DNA from: Bdellovibrionales bacterium
Lineage (GTDB): Bacteria > Bdellovibrionota > Bdellovibrionia > Bdellovibrionales > UBA1609
Assembly (NCBI GenBank): GCA_965203095.1
Contig: OZ241877.1
Coordinates: 416,001 to 480,000, forward strand
Reading direction: 5' to 3'
DNA length: 64,000 nt
Part shown: one piece after another, positions 37,668 through 47,632 of the stretch
Layout of the letters: every line of letters starts with the position of its first letter
How positions within the stretch are numbered: position 1 is the stretch's first letter
Position numbers and translations under genes: made by a program
The notes under the pieces: generated by a model
What the model was told of the DNA's origin: nothing
The model's input: only the letters and a program-made list of their open reading frames with translations
Database searches by the model: none

Positions 37668-39128
37668 ATGGATCGGTTGCTCTCTAAGTCACAAAGCCAA
37701 AAATTAGATGAAAAGGCCTCTTTTTACGGTCTTTCTCCAGGAAAACTTATGGAAAAGGCCGGGTTTAAGGTTGCTGAGTGGCTTTTAAAAGAGTTCCCAC
37801 CCCCTCATTCTTTTGCCCTTTTTTGTGGCCCAGGCCATAACGGGGGAGATGCTTTTGTGACGGCTGTTTATCTTAAAAAGGCCGGGCGGGAGGTGGAGCT
37901 TTTTTCTTCTGAAGTGAGCAGTCCCCTTTCAAAGCAAAAAAAGAAAAAAGCCCAATCCCTTGGCATAAAAATAAAAAGCCTTAATGCCTGGGAAAAGCAA
38001 AAAGGGCAAGTCTTGATTGACGCTCTTTTTGGAGTGGGGCTATCCCGCCCTTTAGAGGGGCTTTTTAAAGATTTGGTTTTAAAAATCAGTCAGAGTCATC
38101 TCCCGGTTGTATCCTTGGATATTCCTTCCGGGCTTTGCACTGATACTGGTAAAATTTTAGGGCTGGCCATAAAAGCTAAGGCCACTTTAACTTTTGCCTT
38201 AGCCAAACCGGGCCTTTATCTAAATGAGGGGCCAGAACATGCAGGGCAAATTGTTATTTTGCCCATTGGTTTTCCTGAAGAGCTTTTAAACCGGGTAGCC
38301 CATTCCCTCTTTTTAGTTCAAAAACAGGATGTTCGCCCCTTTATCCCCTCTTACAAAAACACAGCCAATAAAAGCCACAGGGGTTGGTCCCTGATTATTG
38401 CTGGAAGTAAGGGAATGTGGGGTGCCGGGCTATTGGCCTGCCGTTCAGCTTATGTTGTGGGGAGTGGTTATGTGACATGGGCAGGAGAACATTATCCCTA
38501 TGAAAAAAGCTTAAAAATACCAGAAGCTTTGCTCAGCCGTTTGGACTCCACTAAACTTTTTTATAAAAAGACAGCTGTAGGTGCCGGGCCAGGGTTAGGC
38601 TTTTCTCAAGCTGTAGTGAATTTTTTAAAACAGTTGACAAAGCAAAATCTTCCCACAGTTTTAGATGCCGATGTTTTAAGCCTTTTAGCTCAAAAAAAAC
38701 TTCCACCACTAAATAAAAATTTTTTACTCACACCTCATGCGGGTGAGCTTTCCCGCCTTTTAGATATCCCCTCTCATAAATTGGAGAGGGATCGCCTGCT
38801 TTATGCAAGGCAAGGGGCTAAAAAATACAACTCTTGGCTTTTGTTTAAAGGTTTTCACCCTGTCCTCTCCAATGGGGAAAAATGCTGGATCCTCCACACC
38901 GGAAACTCCGCCTTAGGCAAGGCGGGAACTGGGGATGTTTTGACGGGGATCCTCACCAGCCTTATGGCCCAGGGTCTATCTCTCTTTAAGGCCAGTCTCT
39001 TGGGGACTTTTCTTCAAGGGGAAAGTGCCCGGCTTTGGATAAAAGAGGGGAAAGATATCAACTCCCTTTCTGCAAGCGATATAGTTAAGGCATTGCCCTT
39101 TGTGATAAAACAGCTCCGGCCCCCTTGA
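37668..39128 (+). CDS. nnr: Bifunctional NAD(P)HX epimerase/dehydratase
   Basis: LMEKAG, CGPGHNGGDA, DALFGVG, DIPSG, GPGLG, LDAD, TPHAGE, GTGDVL. Confidence 0.95.
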   Translation: MDRLLSKSQSQKLDEKASFYGLSPGKLMEKAGFKVAEWLLKEFPPPHSFALFCGPGHNGGDAFVTAVYLKKAGREVELFSSEVSSPLSKQKKKKAQSLGIKIKSLNAWEKQKGQVLIDALFGVGLSRPLEGLFKDLVLKISQSHLPVVSLDIPSGLCTDTGKILGLAIKAKATLTFALAKPGLYLNEGPEHAGQIVILPIGFPEELLNRVAHSLFLVQKQDVRPFIPSYKNTANKSHRGWSLIIAGSKGMWGAGLLACRSAYVVGSGYVTWAGEHYPYEKSLKIPEALLSRLDSTKLFYKKTAVGAGPGLGFSQAVVNFLKQLTKQNLPTVLDADVLSLLAQKKLPPLNKNFLLTPHAGELSRLLDIPSHKLERDRLLYARQGAKKYNSWLLFKGFHPVLSNGEKCWILHTGNSALGKAGTGDVLTGILTSLMAQGLSLFKASLLGTFLQGESARLWIKEGKDINSLSASDIVKALPFVIKQLRPP

Positions 39129-39159
39129 CAAATCTTATAAAATCTGTTAAAAATAAGGA

Positions 39160-39798
39160 ATGAAAAATATCCCTTTTTGTGTGATTTTGTTTTTAACTGG
39201 TTTTACCCCATTAGCCAATAGCAACCAAAAATCTGAGAAGGAGAAAGCCTCTTCTTCCAAAAAAAATCAAATAAAAGAATACCTTTGGAAAGGGGGTTCT
39301 AATAAAAAACCTATCGAGATCCTTTTCACTTGCAAAACCACAGGCCCACTAAAAGTGATTTTAACTGACCCAGAACAAACGGGAAATAAGCCAGGTGAAA
39401 CAGCTCTTATCCGGATGAGAACAGGCAATGTCCCCCCTTCTGGAAATGGGTATGTAGAATTTATTCACACAGGCCAGTTTTTAAAAAAAGGAGAAACAAC
39501 CAGTATAAGTTTGAGCACTGTTCCCCGCTTTATAAGAGAGTTGGAAGTATTACAAACTCAAACTATTAAAAATAAGGAAGTATCTATAAAGGAGTATATG
39601 GAAAAAATCACTTATTGTGAACAATTACCGAAGATAAAACGGTATAGATGCCATATATCCTCCAGTCGTTATCAAGTGGCTGAACCGAATATACTATTAT
39701 GGACCACTTCTGAAAGATGGGAAAAAGCCAGATCATACTCTATATTTAATCCCCATGAAATAGGAAACCTCACAAAGCTTTCTTGCTATTCTCATTAG
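39160..39798 (+). CDS. Exported hypothetical protein
   Basis: Signal peptide; upstream TTGACA -35 overlapping the nnr stop; no recognised domain. Confidence 0.65.
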   Translation: MKNIPFCVILFLTGFTPLANSNQKSEKEKASSSKKNQIKEYLWKGGSNKKPIEILFTCKTTGPLKVILTDPEQTGNKPGETALIRMRTGNVPPSGNGYVEFIHTGQFLKKGETTSISLSTVPRFIRELEVLQTQTIKNKEVSIKEYMEKITYCEQLPKIKRYRCHISSSRYQVAEPNILLWTTSERWEKARSYSIFNPHEIGNLTKLSCYSH

Positions 39799-39808
39799 TT
39801 GTATCGGG

Positions 39809-39835
39809 AAAAACAGGAAAATTTTTCCTGTTTTT
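39809..39835. terminator. Palindrome, candidate terminator
   Basis: AAAAACAGGAAAA/TTTTCCTGTTTTT followed by a T-run. Confidence 0.55.
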
Positions 39836-39935
39836 TGTTTTTTTAGTCAATCCCCCATGTTCTGTTTGATTTTTTTATGGAGTTTGTGCTATACATTGCT
39901 TTGTTGGTTATTTTTTATTTCTGAAGGAGGGATTT

Positions 39936-40277
39936 ATGCCTAAGTTTTTCTTTATTTTTCTTTTTTTGATTTTTACAGGAGCTGTTTATGCCCACTATGA
40001 TCCCTATCATGCCCCTGTGCCAAATGTTTGCCCTTACAATTATGGTGCCACCTGTTTGACTACAACTGGCAAAACCTGCTCTCAGTTTGCCATAGATTAT
40101 AATCCTACTTGGTTTTCATCCTGTCAAATTTACGGTTCTTTCTTTTTTTGTATTAATGTGCCCACACTGCCTCAACCTGTAGTTCAAAATGTTTGCTATC
40201 CTCAAGGTTCTATTTGTGCCTGCTCTTTTGGCCATTGGGGTGGCTTTTATCGGTATGAAACAGGATTTATTTATTAA
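39936..40277 (+). CDS. Small secreted cysteine-rich protein
   Basis: AAGGAGG RBS; signal peptide ending AVYA; 8 Cys in the ~94-aa mature part. Confidence 0.75.
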   Translation: MPKFFFIFLFLIFTGAVYAHYDPYHAPVPNVCPYNYGATCLTTTGKTCSQFAIDYNPTWFSSCQIYGSFFFCINVPTLPQPVVQNVCYPQGSICACSFGHWGGFYRYETGFIY

Positions 40278-40334
40278 AGATGAAAGTTTTTTAAATTCTA
40301 TCTGTTGCCATATCACTCATTGAAATCTTGATTT

Positions 40335-41027
40335 TTACCCTGCTCTTTTCAGCCGGCGGATACGGGGGAGAAGTAATTTAAAAGTCGCTCCCTTAGCCCT
40401 TGGATTAGAAAAAGCAGTGAGCTTTCCACCATGGGCTATAGTTATAGCCCTGGCAATGCTTAAACCCAAACCAGTGTTTTTTATGCCTTTTTTTTCCTCC
40501 ACTGCGGTTTTGTAAAAATAGTCAAAAAGCCTTTTTTTGTCTGCAATTCCCTGCCCCTCATCCCTAACAGAGCAAACAAAAACCTGCCCCCTCAAGCCGT
40601 ATTCTATAAAAACAGTTCCTTTGGATGGTGAAAACTGAATGGCATTGGACAAAAGGTTAACCAACAAACGGACCATCCATGAAGAATCCATAAAAAGTTC
40701 TACAGGTTCTGCTGTTTTTTTAATATGAAAGCTTATATTTTCCTTTTGAGCTATCAGCTGAAGTGACCTACAAGCCTGATTGAGAGAAGGTTCAAAAGTA
40801 GACCATTTCCATTGGAACAGATCCTTTTTTTTCTGTATACTTCGTAAATCCAAATTGTCTGTAATAAAATCAGTCATCTTTTCCACCTCCTCTTTCATCA
40901 AATAGAGTAGGTGCTTATACTTTTCAAAATCTTTTTCTAAAAGGGATAGTCCTATTTTTAAAGAGCTGAGTGGGGTCTTCAACTCATGGCTAAATAAACT
41001 GATGTCGTCCATTTTCCAATTTTTCAT
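40335..41027 (-). CDS. Histidine kinase core (HisKA + HATPase) without sensor domain
   Basis: SHELKTPL, NLLSNAIQFS, VRDEGQGI, NTGLGLSI, AHGGKL. Confidence 0.9.
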   Translation of the reverse strand: MKNWKMDDISLFSHELKTPLSSLKIGLSLLEKDFEKYKHLLYLMKEEVEKMTDFITDNLDLRSIQKKKDLFQWKWSTFEPSLNQACRSLQLIAQKENISFHIKKTAEPVELFMDSSWMVRLLVNLLSNAIQFSPSKGTVFIEYGLRGQVFVCSVRDEGQGIADKKRLFDYFYKTAVEEKKGIKNTGLGLSIARAITIAHGGKLTAFSNPRAKGATFKLLLPRIRRLKRAG

Positions 41028-41093
41028 TTTCTTCCTCTGAGTTTGTCTTTTAAAAGACCTATCGGAAAAATATAACCAAAAATAAAATTTATT

Positions 41094-42563
41094 TTAGCCT
41101 CCCTGTGAAAAACCTCTATAATTGGGGAAGAAATAAGAAAAGTCTTTTCCCTGGCTCATATAGCCTCTTAAAATTTCATATATTTCTGGGTCTAAATGCT
41201 TGTAAAAAAAGATTTTTGCGGTTTTAGAAAGCTCATTTTGCCGGATAAAACTCCTTCTTTTAGATGAAGAGGGCTGATGATAAACTTTAATCTCGCTGAG
41301 ATGGATTTTTTTACCTTGTTTAAAAAGCCTATAACCTAAATCTATATCCTCAAAGCCGTAAAATATAAAATTCCCGCCAAAAGCTCCAGCAAGTAAAAAA
41401 TCCTTTTTTCTTAAGGTCAGGCTATAAGAGCAGACATATTTCCAAGGATTTTGAATTTTAAAACCTTTGTCATAAAAGTTTTTCCAATATCTTTTTTCCT
41501 CAATATAAATCCATTTTTTTAATTTTTCATGATCTAAATCTCCCTCTCCAATAGGGGCATTGTTTTTTAAATGGTATCTTTTGGTTTGAACAAGATCCCA
41601 CAGCTCCAGCTCTTCCTTTAACTTTGACAAATATTTTTTTTGAACCAAAATATCTGAATCCAAAAAGGCTAAAAAAGATCCGGAGCTATGTTTTGCCCCC
41701 AGGTTTCTGGCAATGCCTGCCCGGAAAGGGCCACCAACCTTATTTCTCTCCATTACCATAGGAAAATGAATGGCCTTAAAGTTAAGATCCGTTTTACTGG
41801 CAAAAGCTCTCAACATGGCCCTCGTCCTGTCCTGACTGGCATCATCTACAACAATCACTTCATAGTTTTTTTTCGGAAAATCTTGAACAGATAACTTTTT
41901 CAAACAGTTTAAAACTTGGATTTCATTGTTATAAGAGGGGATTATTACAGAAAAAACAATGTCTTCAGAATGGTTTTTGTTTATAAAAGGAGATGTGAGA
42001 GGTCGCAGATCCATATCAGGGCTTATCCGGCAGTCGTAAGGGTAGTTATAGATGGGGCGAACAGGGCCTTGTTTTTTAAGGAATGAGTAGATCTCTTTTG
42101 GTGTTAAAAAGGGGTCAAAAAAATTTTCTTTCAAGGGGAAATAAACTTCAGTTTTAGCTAAAAACTCTTGCCGAATAAGATTTTTGAAAGGAAGATTTTT
42201 ATTTCTTCTGGTGACAACATAAGTAAAAAAGCTTTTTTGTGAGACATTTAAACCCTCTAACTCTGATGGATTTTCAAAAACAATGTTAAAAAAAAGGGTT
42301 TTAAATTTTTTATTTAATTTTAAAGCTTGCTCTTTAAAATTTTTAGCTCTGATATAGATCCCCACTTGTAAGCCATTTTTTAAGCTTTCATAAAGGGCTG
42401 TATCACTTAAAAAACTCTCATCAAAAAGAAGACCTTGATATTTATAGGAAATGGCTTTTTTTAAACTCCTTTTAAAATCTAAAGGGCTTTTTTTGTTTGG
42501 CTTTATACCTTTAAAAAGGCTGAAATAAAACTGAGGATTTAAGCTGTAAAATTTAGACAGCAT
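41094..42563 (-). CDS. Glycosyltransferase family 2 with N-terminal extension
   Basis: SVIIPSYN, EVIVVDDASQD, ARNLG, LAFLDSD, YGFEDIDLGYRL. Confidence 0.9.
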   Translation of the reverse strand: MLSKFYSLNPQFYFSLFKGIKPNKKSPLDFKRSLKKAISYKYQGLLFDESFLSDTALYESLKNGLQVGIYIRAKNFKEQALKLNKKFKTLFFNIVFENPSELEGLNVSQKSFFTYVVTRRNKNLPFKNLIRQEFLAKTEVYFPLKENFFDPFLTPKEIYSFLKKQGPVRPIYNYPYDCRISPDMDLRPLTSPFINKNHSEDIVFSVIIPSYNNEIQVLNCLKKLSVQDFPKKNYEVIVVDDASQDRTRAMLRAFASKTDLNFKAIHFPMVMERNKVGGPFRAGIARNLGAKHSSGSFLAFLDSDILVQKKYLSKLKEELELWDLVQTKRYHLKNNAPIGEGDLDHEKLKKWIYIEEKRYWKNFYDKGFKIQNPWKYVCSYSLTLRKKDFLLAGAFGGNFIFYGFEDIDLGYRLFKQGKKIHLSEIKVYHQPSSSKRRSFIRQNELSKTAKIFFYKHLDPEIYEILRGYMSQGKDFSYFFPNYRGFSQGG

Positions 42564-42581
42564 GGCAGGATTGTTTGTTTT

Positions 42582-44009
42582 TTACTCTTCAGTAAAACTT
42601 GAGGGAATTTGTTTTTCATTTCTGACTTTAAGATTTCTTAGTTTTTCTACACTTCGGATAAGATTTCCTCTGCCACTATTCAGTTTGCCTTTAGCGGAAT
42701 CGTAAGATTCTCTCGCTTTTTTTAAGCCCAGATCAACCTTTCCCATGTCCTCTAAAAAACCAACAAATTTGTCATAAAGCCTTCCTCCTTGTCGGGCTAT
42801 CTCCTCCGCGTTTTTATTATAAGCCTCTACCTTCCATATTGAAGCGACAGTTTTTAAGACAGCATATAAGGTGGTGGGGCTGACTAAAACAATGGAATGC
42901 CTCCATGCCTTTTCAAAAAAATCATGTTCTTGTGTGACAAAGGCAAAGGCCCCCTCATTGGGGATAAACATAAGGGTAAAATCCGGAGAGCGAAGGCCCT
43001 CTGATAAATGGTATTTTTTATTCGCCAAATCTTCAATATGCTTGCTCACAGAGCGGAATATTTTTTGTTTGTTCTCCTCCCTTTCTTTTTCCGTTTCAGA
43101 AGAAAAATAACCTTGGAAATGAGTCACAGATACTTTGGAATCTATAATAATATGTTTCTTGTCAGGAAGTTTCACCACCACATCGGGGCGGGCAGAGGCC
43201 CCCTTTTCATCTTTTAAGCTTAAGCCTTGCCCCTGGACAAAAAACTCCTCCCCTTCCCTTAATCCTGACTTTTCTAAAATGTTTTTTAAAACAAACTCTC
43301 CCCATTGGCCTTGGGCTTTTACATCCCCCTTAAGAGTTTGAGAGAGTTTTTTGGCCTCATCCCTCATTTTTAAGTTAATGTCTTTAAAGTTAGAGATGGT
43401 CTCATCTAAAAACTTCCCTTTGCTTTCAAAACCTTGGACTGATTTTTTAAAACCCTCAATGTCCTCCTTAAAAGGCTTTAAAATTTGAGAGAGGTCTTTT
43501 GAAGATTCCTCTCTGTAGGATTTCGTGTTTTCTAAAAAAATTTTTTTGGCGGTGTTTTCAAACTCTGCTTTTGTTTTTTCCGCCAACTGTTGAAAATGTT
43601 TTTCTTTTTCTGCAAAGTGCTTTTGATCCCTTTCCTTTTGTTCTTGAAAGCTCTTTTCTTGATCTGTTAGTTTTTCCTCATAATGCTTTGTTTTGAGGTC
43701 TATCTCGTTTTTAAAATGCATTTCTTTTTCTGTTAGCTTTTCCTTATAGAGCTGTTTTTGATTTTCCAGCTCCTTCAGCCGGGCCTCATTTTGGCTTTTA
43801 AGGCTCGCACAATCCTCACTTAATGGAATGATCTGTTGTTTATAGGATAGATTTTCCTCTTTTAGAGCCTTTTGCTCTTTTTCCATCTGGTCCCTCTCTA
43901 TTTTTATTTTTAGAGATGAGTTTCGTTTTGAGGACATATATAAAAAGACAATAAAAGCCCCTACCACAAAGCCCACTAAGCCACATAAAAAATAAATAAA
44001 AAAAAGCAT
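42582..44009 (-). CDS. rmuC: DNA recombination protein RmuC
   Basis: N-terminal TM, coiled coil, QGQWGE..LEKSGL, RPDVVVKLP, IDSKV, PDFTLMFIPNE, SPTTL. Confidence 0.95.
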   Translation of the reverse strand: MLFFIYFLCGLVGFVVGAFIVFLYMSSKRNSSLKIKIERDQMEKEQKALKEENLSYKQQIIPLSEDCASLKSQNEARLKELENQKQLYKEKLTEKEMHFKNEIDLKTKHYEEKLTDQEKSFQEQKERDQKHFAEKEKHFQQLAEKTKAEFENTAKKIFLENTKSYREESSKDLSQILKPFKEDIEGFKKSVQGFESKGKFLDETISNFKDINLKMRDEAKKLSQTLKGDVKAQGQWGEFVLKNILEKSGLREGEEFFVQGQGLSLKDEKGASARPDVVVKLPDKKHIIIDSKVSVTHFQGYFSSETEKEREENKQKIFRSVSKHIEDLANKKYHLSEGLRSPDFTLMFIPNEGAFAFVTQEHDFFEKAWRHSIVLVSPTTLYAVLKTVASIWKVEAYNKNAEEIARQGGRLYDKFVGFLEDMGKVDLGLKKARESYDSAKGKLNSGRGNLIRSVEKLRNLKVRNEKQIPSSFTEE

Positions 44010-44186
44010 ACGGCAGGATATACCTTATCTTAATCAGCAAAACAAGGCTTTATATTGATAAAGCTCATTTTTCCCTCATCTTACTAAAAAATAAGGCTTG
44101 GGAAAAAAAATAAGAAAAAAACTGGACATGCCCTTTTTTTTTGTTATTATCTTCCTGTTCATTTTTAAACCATAAGGAGGATAACT

Positions 44187-44711
44187 ATGTTAGCCGTTGG
44201 AGATCAGTTTCCTGAATTTAATCTTAAGGCCCTTTTTCCCGGTTCTCAAGATTTTAAAGAGATAAATAATGAGGCATACAAAGGGAAATGGTGGGTCATC
44301 TTTTTTTACCCCAAGGATTTTACTTTTGTTTGTCCAACAGAAATTAAAGCTTTTAGTGATATGAACCAAAGCTTTAAAGACCGATCAGCTGAGGTCTTAA
44401 CAGCCTCTGTAGACTCTGAGTTCGTCCACCTGGCCTGGAGGAATCATGAGCCGGATCTCAAAAATATACAAATTCCCATGCTGTCAGACATAAAAAGGGA
44501 GCTTTCCGCCTCTTTGGGCATTTTAGATATGGAGGAAGGGGTTTCCCAAAGGGCCACCTTTATTATAGATCCCAAGGGAATCATCCGCTTTGTTTATGTG
44601 ACGGACTTGAATGTGGGCCGAAGCCCTAAAGAGGTCTTAAGAGTTTTAGATGCCCTTCAAACAGATAAACTTTGCCCTTGCAACTGGGAAAAGGGCCAAA
44701 AAACCTTATAG
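44187..44711 (+). CDS. ahpC: 2-Cys peroxiredoxin
   Basis: FFYPKDFTFVCPTE, SVDSEFVH, RATFIIDP, LCPCNW. Confidence 0.95.
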   Translation: MLAVGDQFPEFNLKALFPGSQDFKEINNEAYKGKWWVIFFYPKDFTFVCPTEIKAFSDMNQSFKDRSAEVLTASVDSEFVHLAWRNHEPDLKNIQIPMLSDIKRELSASLGILDMEEGVSQRATFIIDPKGIIRFVYVTDLNVGRSPKEVLRVLDALQTDKLCPCNWEKGQKTL

Positions 44712-44752
44712 TTTTTTGCCGGTTGTCTGGGATTAACAGTCCAGGGTAGATA

Positions 44753-45568
44753 ATGAAAAATAACTGGCACTGTAGATTGAAGAAAGCCCCAAAAAAAATC
44801 ACTGTGGGGGATAAATTTCTTCTCATCTGCGATGGAGAAAGCCCGTCCGGCCTTAAACCCCCGGTCCATATTGAGTTTTTCAATGAAAAGGACAATTATT
44901 CCCTTCATGTCCTGAAAAGCTTAGATATAAAAGATTATTATTTGGCTATGGAGGTCGTCTCCTACCGTGTGGGTCATTTTCAAAGTCCCTTTATTATTAC
45001 TGATGGCCATCGCCGTTTAGTTATAGACAATTTATCCTTCACTGTTCATTCTGTTTTGACTAATAAGAAGGGTCCCATCAAGCCCCATGGCCGTATAGGC
45101 CCTGTGAAATCTTGGCCCTCTAACAATATTTTTAAAATTATAAACATTGTTTTGTTCTTTGGCTTTACTATTTATATGCTGAACTATTTGTATCGTTTTT
45201 TTAAGAGGAAAAGCTTTATCCAAAAAGTCATAAAAAGGGAGTCGCACCAAAACCCCTCAAAGTTTTTTGTGCTCCGGTTAAGGAGACAAAAAAACAATCC
45301 CCCTCATCAAATTAAAGAATTACAACAGAGTTTTAAAATTTTTTTAGAAGATCTTTTTTTAATTCCCACAACGGAACGGAATACTTATCAGATTATGCAA
45401 AGCCTAAAGGCTTTTCATCCTTTAGTTTATAAAAAAGAGGGATCTGCTCTTCGGCAAATTTTAGATGAGTTGTCTGATGGGCCAGAGGAGGAAAAACCGG
45501 AAACATTTTTAAAACTAAAAACAGCCTGTCAGGACATGGTTTTTCGCTTGAGCCTTAAGGAGAAGTAA
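44753..45568 (+). CDS. Bat-operon associated membrane-anchored protein
   Basis: One TM; ends 1 nt before batA. Confidence 0.6.
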   Translation: MKNNWHCRLKKAPKKITVGDKFLLICDGESPSGLKPPVHIEFFNEKDNYSLHVLKSLDIKDYYLAMEVVSYRVGHFQSPFIITDGHRRLVIDNLSFTVHSVLTNKKGPIKPHGRIGPVKSWPSNNIFKIINIVLFFGFTIYMLNYLYRFFKRKSFIQKVIKRESHQNPSKFFVLRLRRQKNNPPHQIKELQQSFKIFLEDLFLIPTTERNTYQIMQSLKAFHPLVYKKEGSALRQILDELSDGPEEEKPETFLKLKTACQDMVFRLSLKEK

Positions 45569-45569
45569 A

Positions 45570-46568
45570 ATGACTTGGCACAGCCCGAACAGCTTTTTCT
45601 TGCTCATTCCCCTTTTATTGGTTTTTTTGTTTTTTGCAAAAAGGCCTGGTGGAGCTTTTTTTTACAGCAGTTTGAATCTTTTTTATAAAAAAAATTTTTC
45701 TTTAAGGGCCTCTTTGGCTTTTCTTCCTCAACTGGGGAAGGCTTTGGCTTTGGTTTTAATTGTTTTGGCTTTGGCCCGGCCGCGGTCAGCTCATATCACC
45801 GCGGATCAAACACAAGAGGGTATAGACATAATGATAGTAATGGATATATCCTTAAGCATGCTGGTAGAGGATATGGAGGGGTTTACTCGTTTGCAGGCGG
45901 CTAAGCAGGTTGTGGGAGAGTTTATTGATGGTCGCCCTTATGATCGCATGGGTTTGATTGTGTTTTCCGGAGAATCTTTTACAAAAGTCCCTTTGACATT
46001 TGACCATCAGGTTTTAAAAAAAAGCTTGTTGCAAACTCAAACACTATCCAAAATTAAAGAGGGAACAGCTATTGGTGTGGCTTTAGCTAATGCCACAGCC
46101 AGGCTCAAAAGTTCGCCATTGTCCAGCCGAGTTATTATTTTTTTAACCGATGGGGAAAACAACACCGGCTTTATTGATCCAGGAACCGCCATAGAGCTAT
46201 CCCGGAAAAACAAAATCAAAGTCTACAGTATTGGAATGGGTAGCGAAAGCGGGACTTTCCCCGTAAAATACAAATTCCAGACTCCGGACGGAAGATCGGT
46301 TTATCGAAGAGTCTATATTGAAAGTCATATCAACAAAAAACTAATGAATCAAATAGCCTCTCAAACAGGAGGAGAATTTTTTATGGCCAAAAACCTGAAT
46401 TTGTTGAAAAGAATTTTTAAAAAAATTGATGAGTTAGAGACCTACGAAATTCAAATCAACAAATGGACTTCATACAAAGAGCATTTTAAAAACCCTTTGC
46501 TGGCAGGGCTCTTGTTTTATTTTTTATCTGTTGGGCTTTCCCTCACCGTGTTTTTTAGGGGGATATGA
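45570..46568 (+). CDS. batA: VWA domain protein BatA
   Basis: ALARP, MIDAS DISLSM, DRMGLIVF, PLTFD, GTAIG, LTDGENN. Confidence 0.88.
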   Translation: MTWHSPNSFFLLIPLLLVFLFFAKRPGGAFFYSSLNLFYKKNFSLRASLAFLPQLGKALALVLIVLALARPRSAHITADQTQEGIDIMIVMDISLSMLVEDMEGFTRLQAAKQVVGEFIDGRPYDRMGLIVFSGESFTKVPLTFDHQVLKKSLLQTQTLSKIKEGTAIGVALANATARLKSSPLSSRVIIFLTDGENNTGFIDPGTAIELSRKNKIKVYSIGMGSESGTFPVKYKFQTPDGRSVYRRVYIESHINKKLMNQIASQTGGEFFMAKNLNLLKRIFKKIDELETYEIQINKWTSYKEHFKNPLLAGLLFYFLSVGLSLTVFFRGI

Positions 46569-47632
46569 TGTCTTTTGCTCATCCAGAATATTTACAGTGG
46601 CTGTTGTTGTTGCCATTTCTGATGGTTCTTTATATAGTCCGGAGCCGTATAAGGGAGAGGAAAGCTCAAAAATATTTGGGCCGGTCCAATCATTTTTTAA
46701 GGGCTTCTATCAGCCAGAAAAAACGGCATTTAAAAATAAGCCTTCAGTTGCTAACTATAGCTGGCCTCATTATAGCTTTGGCTCGCCTTCAAAGCTTAAG
46801 TGAAATACCCACTAAACAAAAAAAAGGAGGCTATATTCTCTTATTAGTGGATAACTCGCTAAGCATGTTGGCAGAAGATGTCCGGCCCAATCGCCTTACT
46901 TTTATGAAAAAGGAGCTTTCTCGTTTAATGGACAAGTCTTCTGGTGATTATATGGCTCTTGGGATTTTTGCCCAATCCGCCTTTTTGGCCTCTCCTTTTA
47001 CAAAAGATCTTTCGGCTGTCCAATCCTATCTCAACGATCTCTCTACAGATCACCTCAGCCATCAGGGCACAAATTTTAAAAGAGCTTTTCAGTTTAGCGA
47101 AAGGATTTTTGAAACTATTAAAAAAAACAAAAATTCTGACAAAGCCCTTATAATTGCTTCTGACGGAGAGGATCATTCCTCAATCAACCAAAAGGAAGTT
47201 GAAAAACTGGTTAAGGAAAAACAGGTTCGTATTTTCTCCCTGGCTTTTGGTTCGGAAAAGGGAGGGCCACTGCCTATTAGAGATTATAAAAATCAAATTA
47301 AAGAGTATAAAAAAGATATCAATGGACAATTAGTGATCAGCAAATTAGAGTCTGAATCGCTAAAAAAATTTGCAAAATGGGGAAAAGGCTCATACTATCA
47401 TGTGGCTTACGGTGGGCAGGCCATCGATCGATTGAGAAAAGATCTGGATCGTATGAAAAAGGCTAAAATGGAAAAGTCAGTTAGAACCAAAAAAACAGAA
47501 CATTACCAGTGGCCCTTGTTTTTGGCCTTTCTTATTGCTTTAATAGAATGGGGTTTAAGCGATCGGAAACCTATGCCTAAGGGAGGCTATTATAAATCAG
47601 GAGTTTTAGGAGTATGGGGAAATACACAATAA
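46565..47632 (+). CDS. batB: VWA domain protein BatB
   Basis: DNSLSMLAEDVRPNRL, PFTKD, QGTN, SDGEDH. Confidence 0.85.
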   Translation: MMSFAHPEYLQWLLLLPFLMVLYIVRSRIRERKAQKYLGRSNHFLRASISQKKRHLKISLQLLTIAGLIIALARLQSLSEIPTKQKKGGYILLLVDNSLSMLAEDVRPNRLTFMKKELSRLMDKSSGDYMALGIFAQSAFLASPFTKDLSAVQSYLNDLSTDHLSHQGTNFKRAFQFSERIFETIKKNKNSDKALIIASDGEDHSSINQKEVEKLVKEKQVRIFSLAFGSEKGGPLPIRDYKNQIKEYKKDINGQLVISKLESESLKKFAKWGKGSYYHVAYGGQAIDRLRKDLDRMKKAKMEKSVRTKKTEHYQWPLFLAFLIALIEWGLSDRKPMPKGGYYKSGVLGVWGNTQ

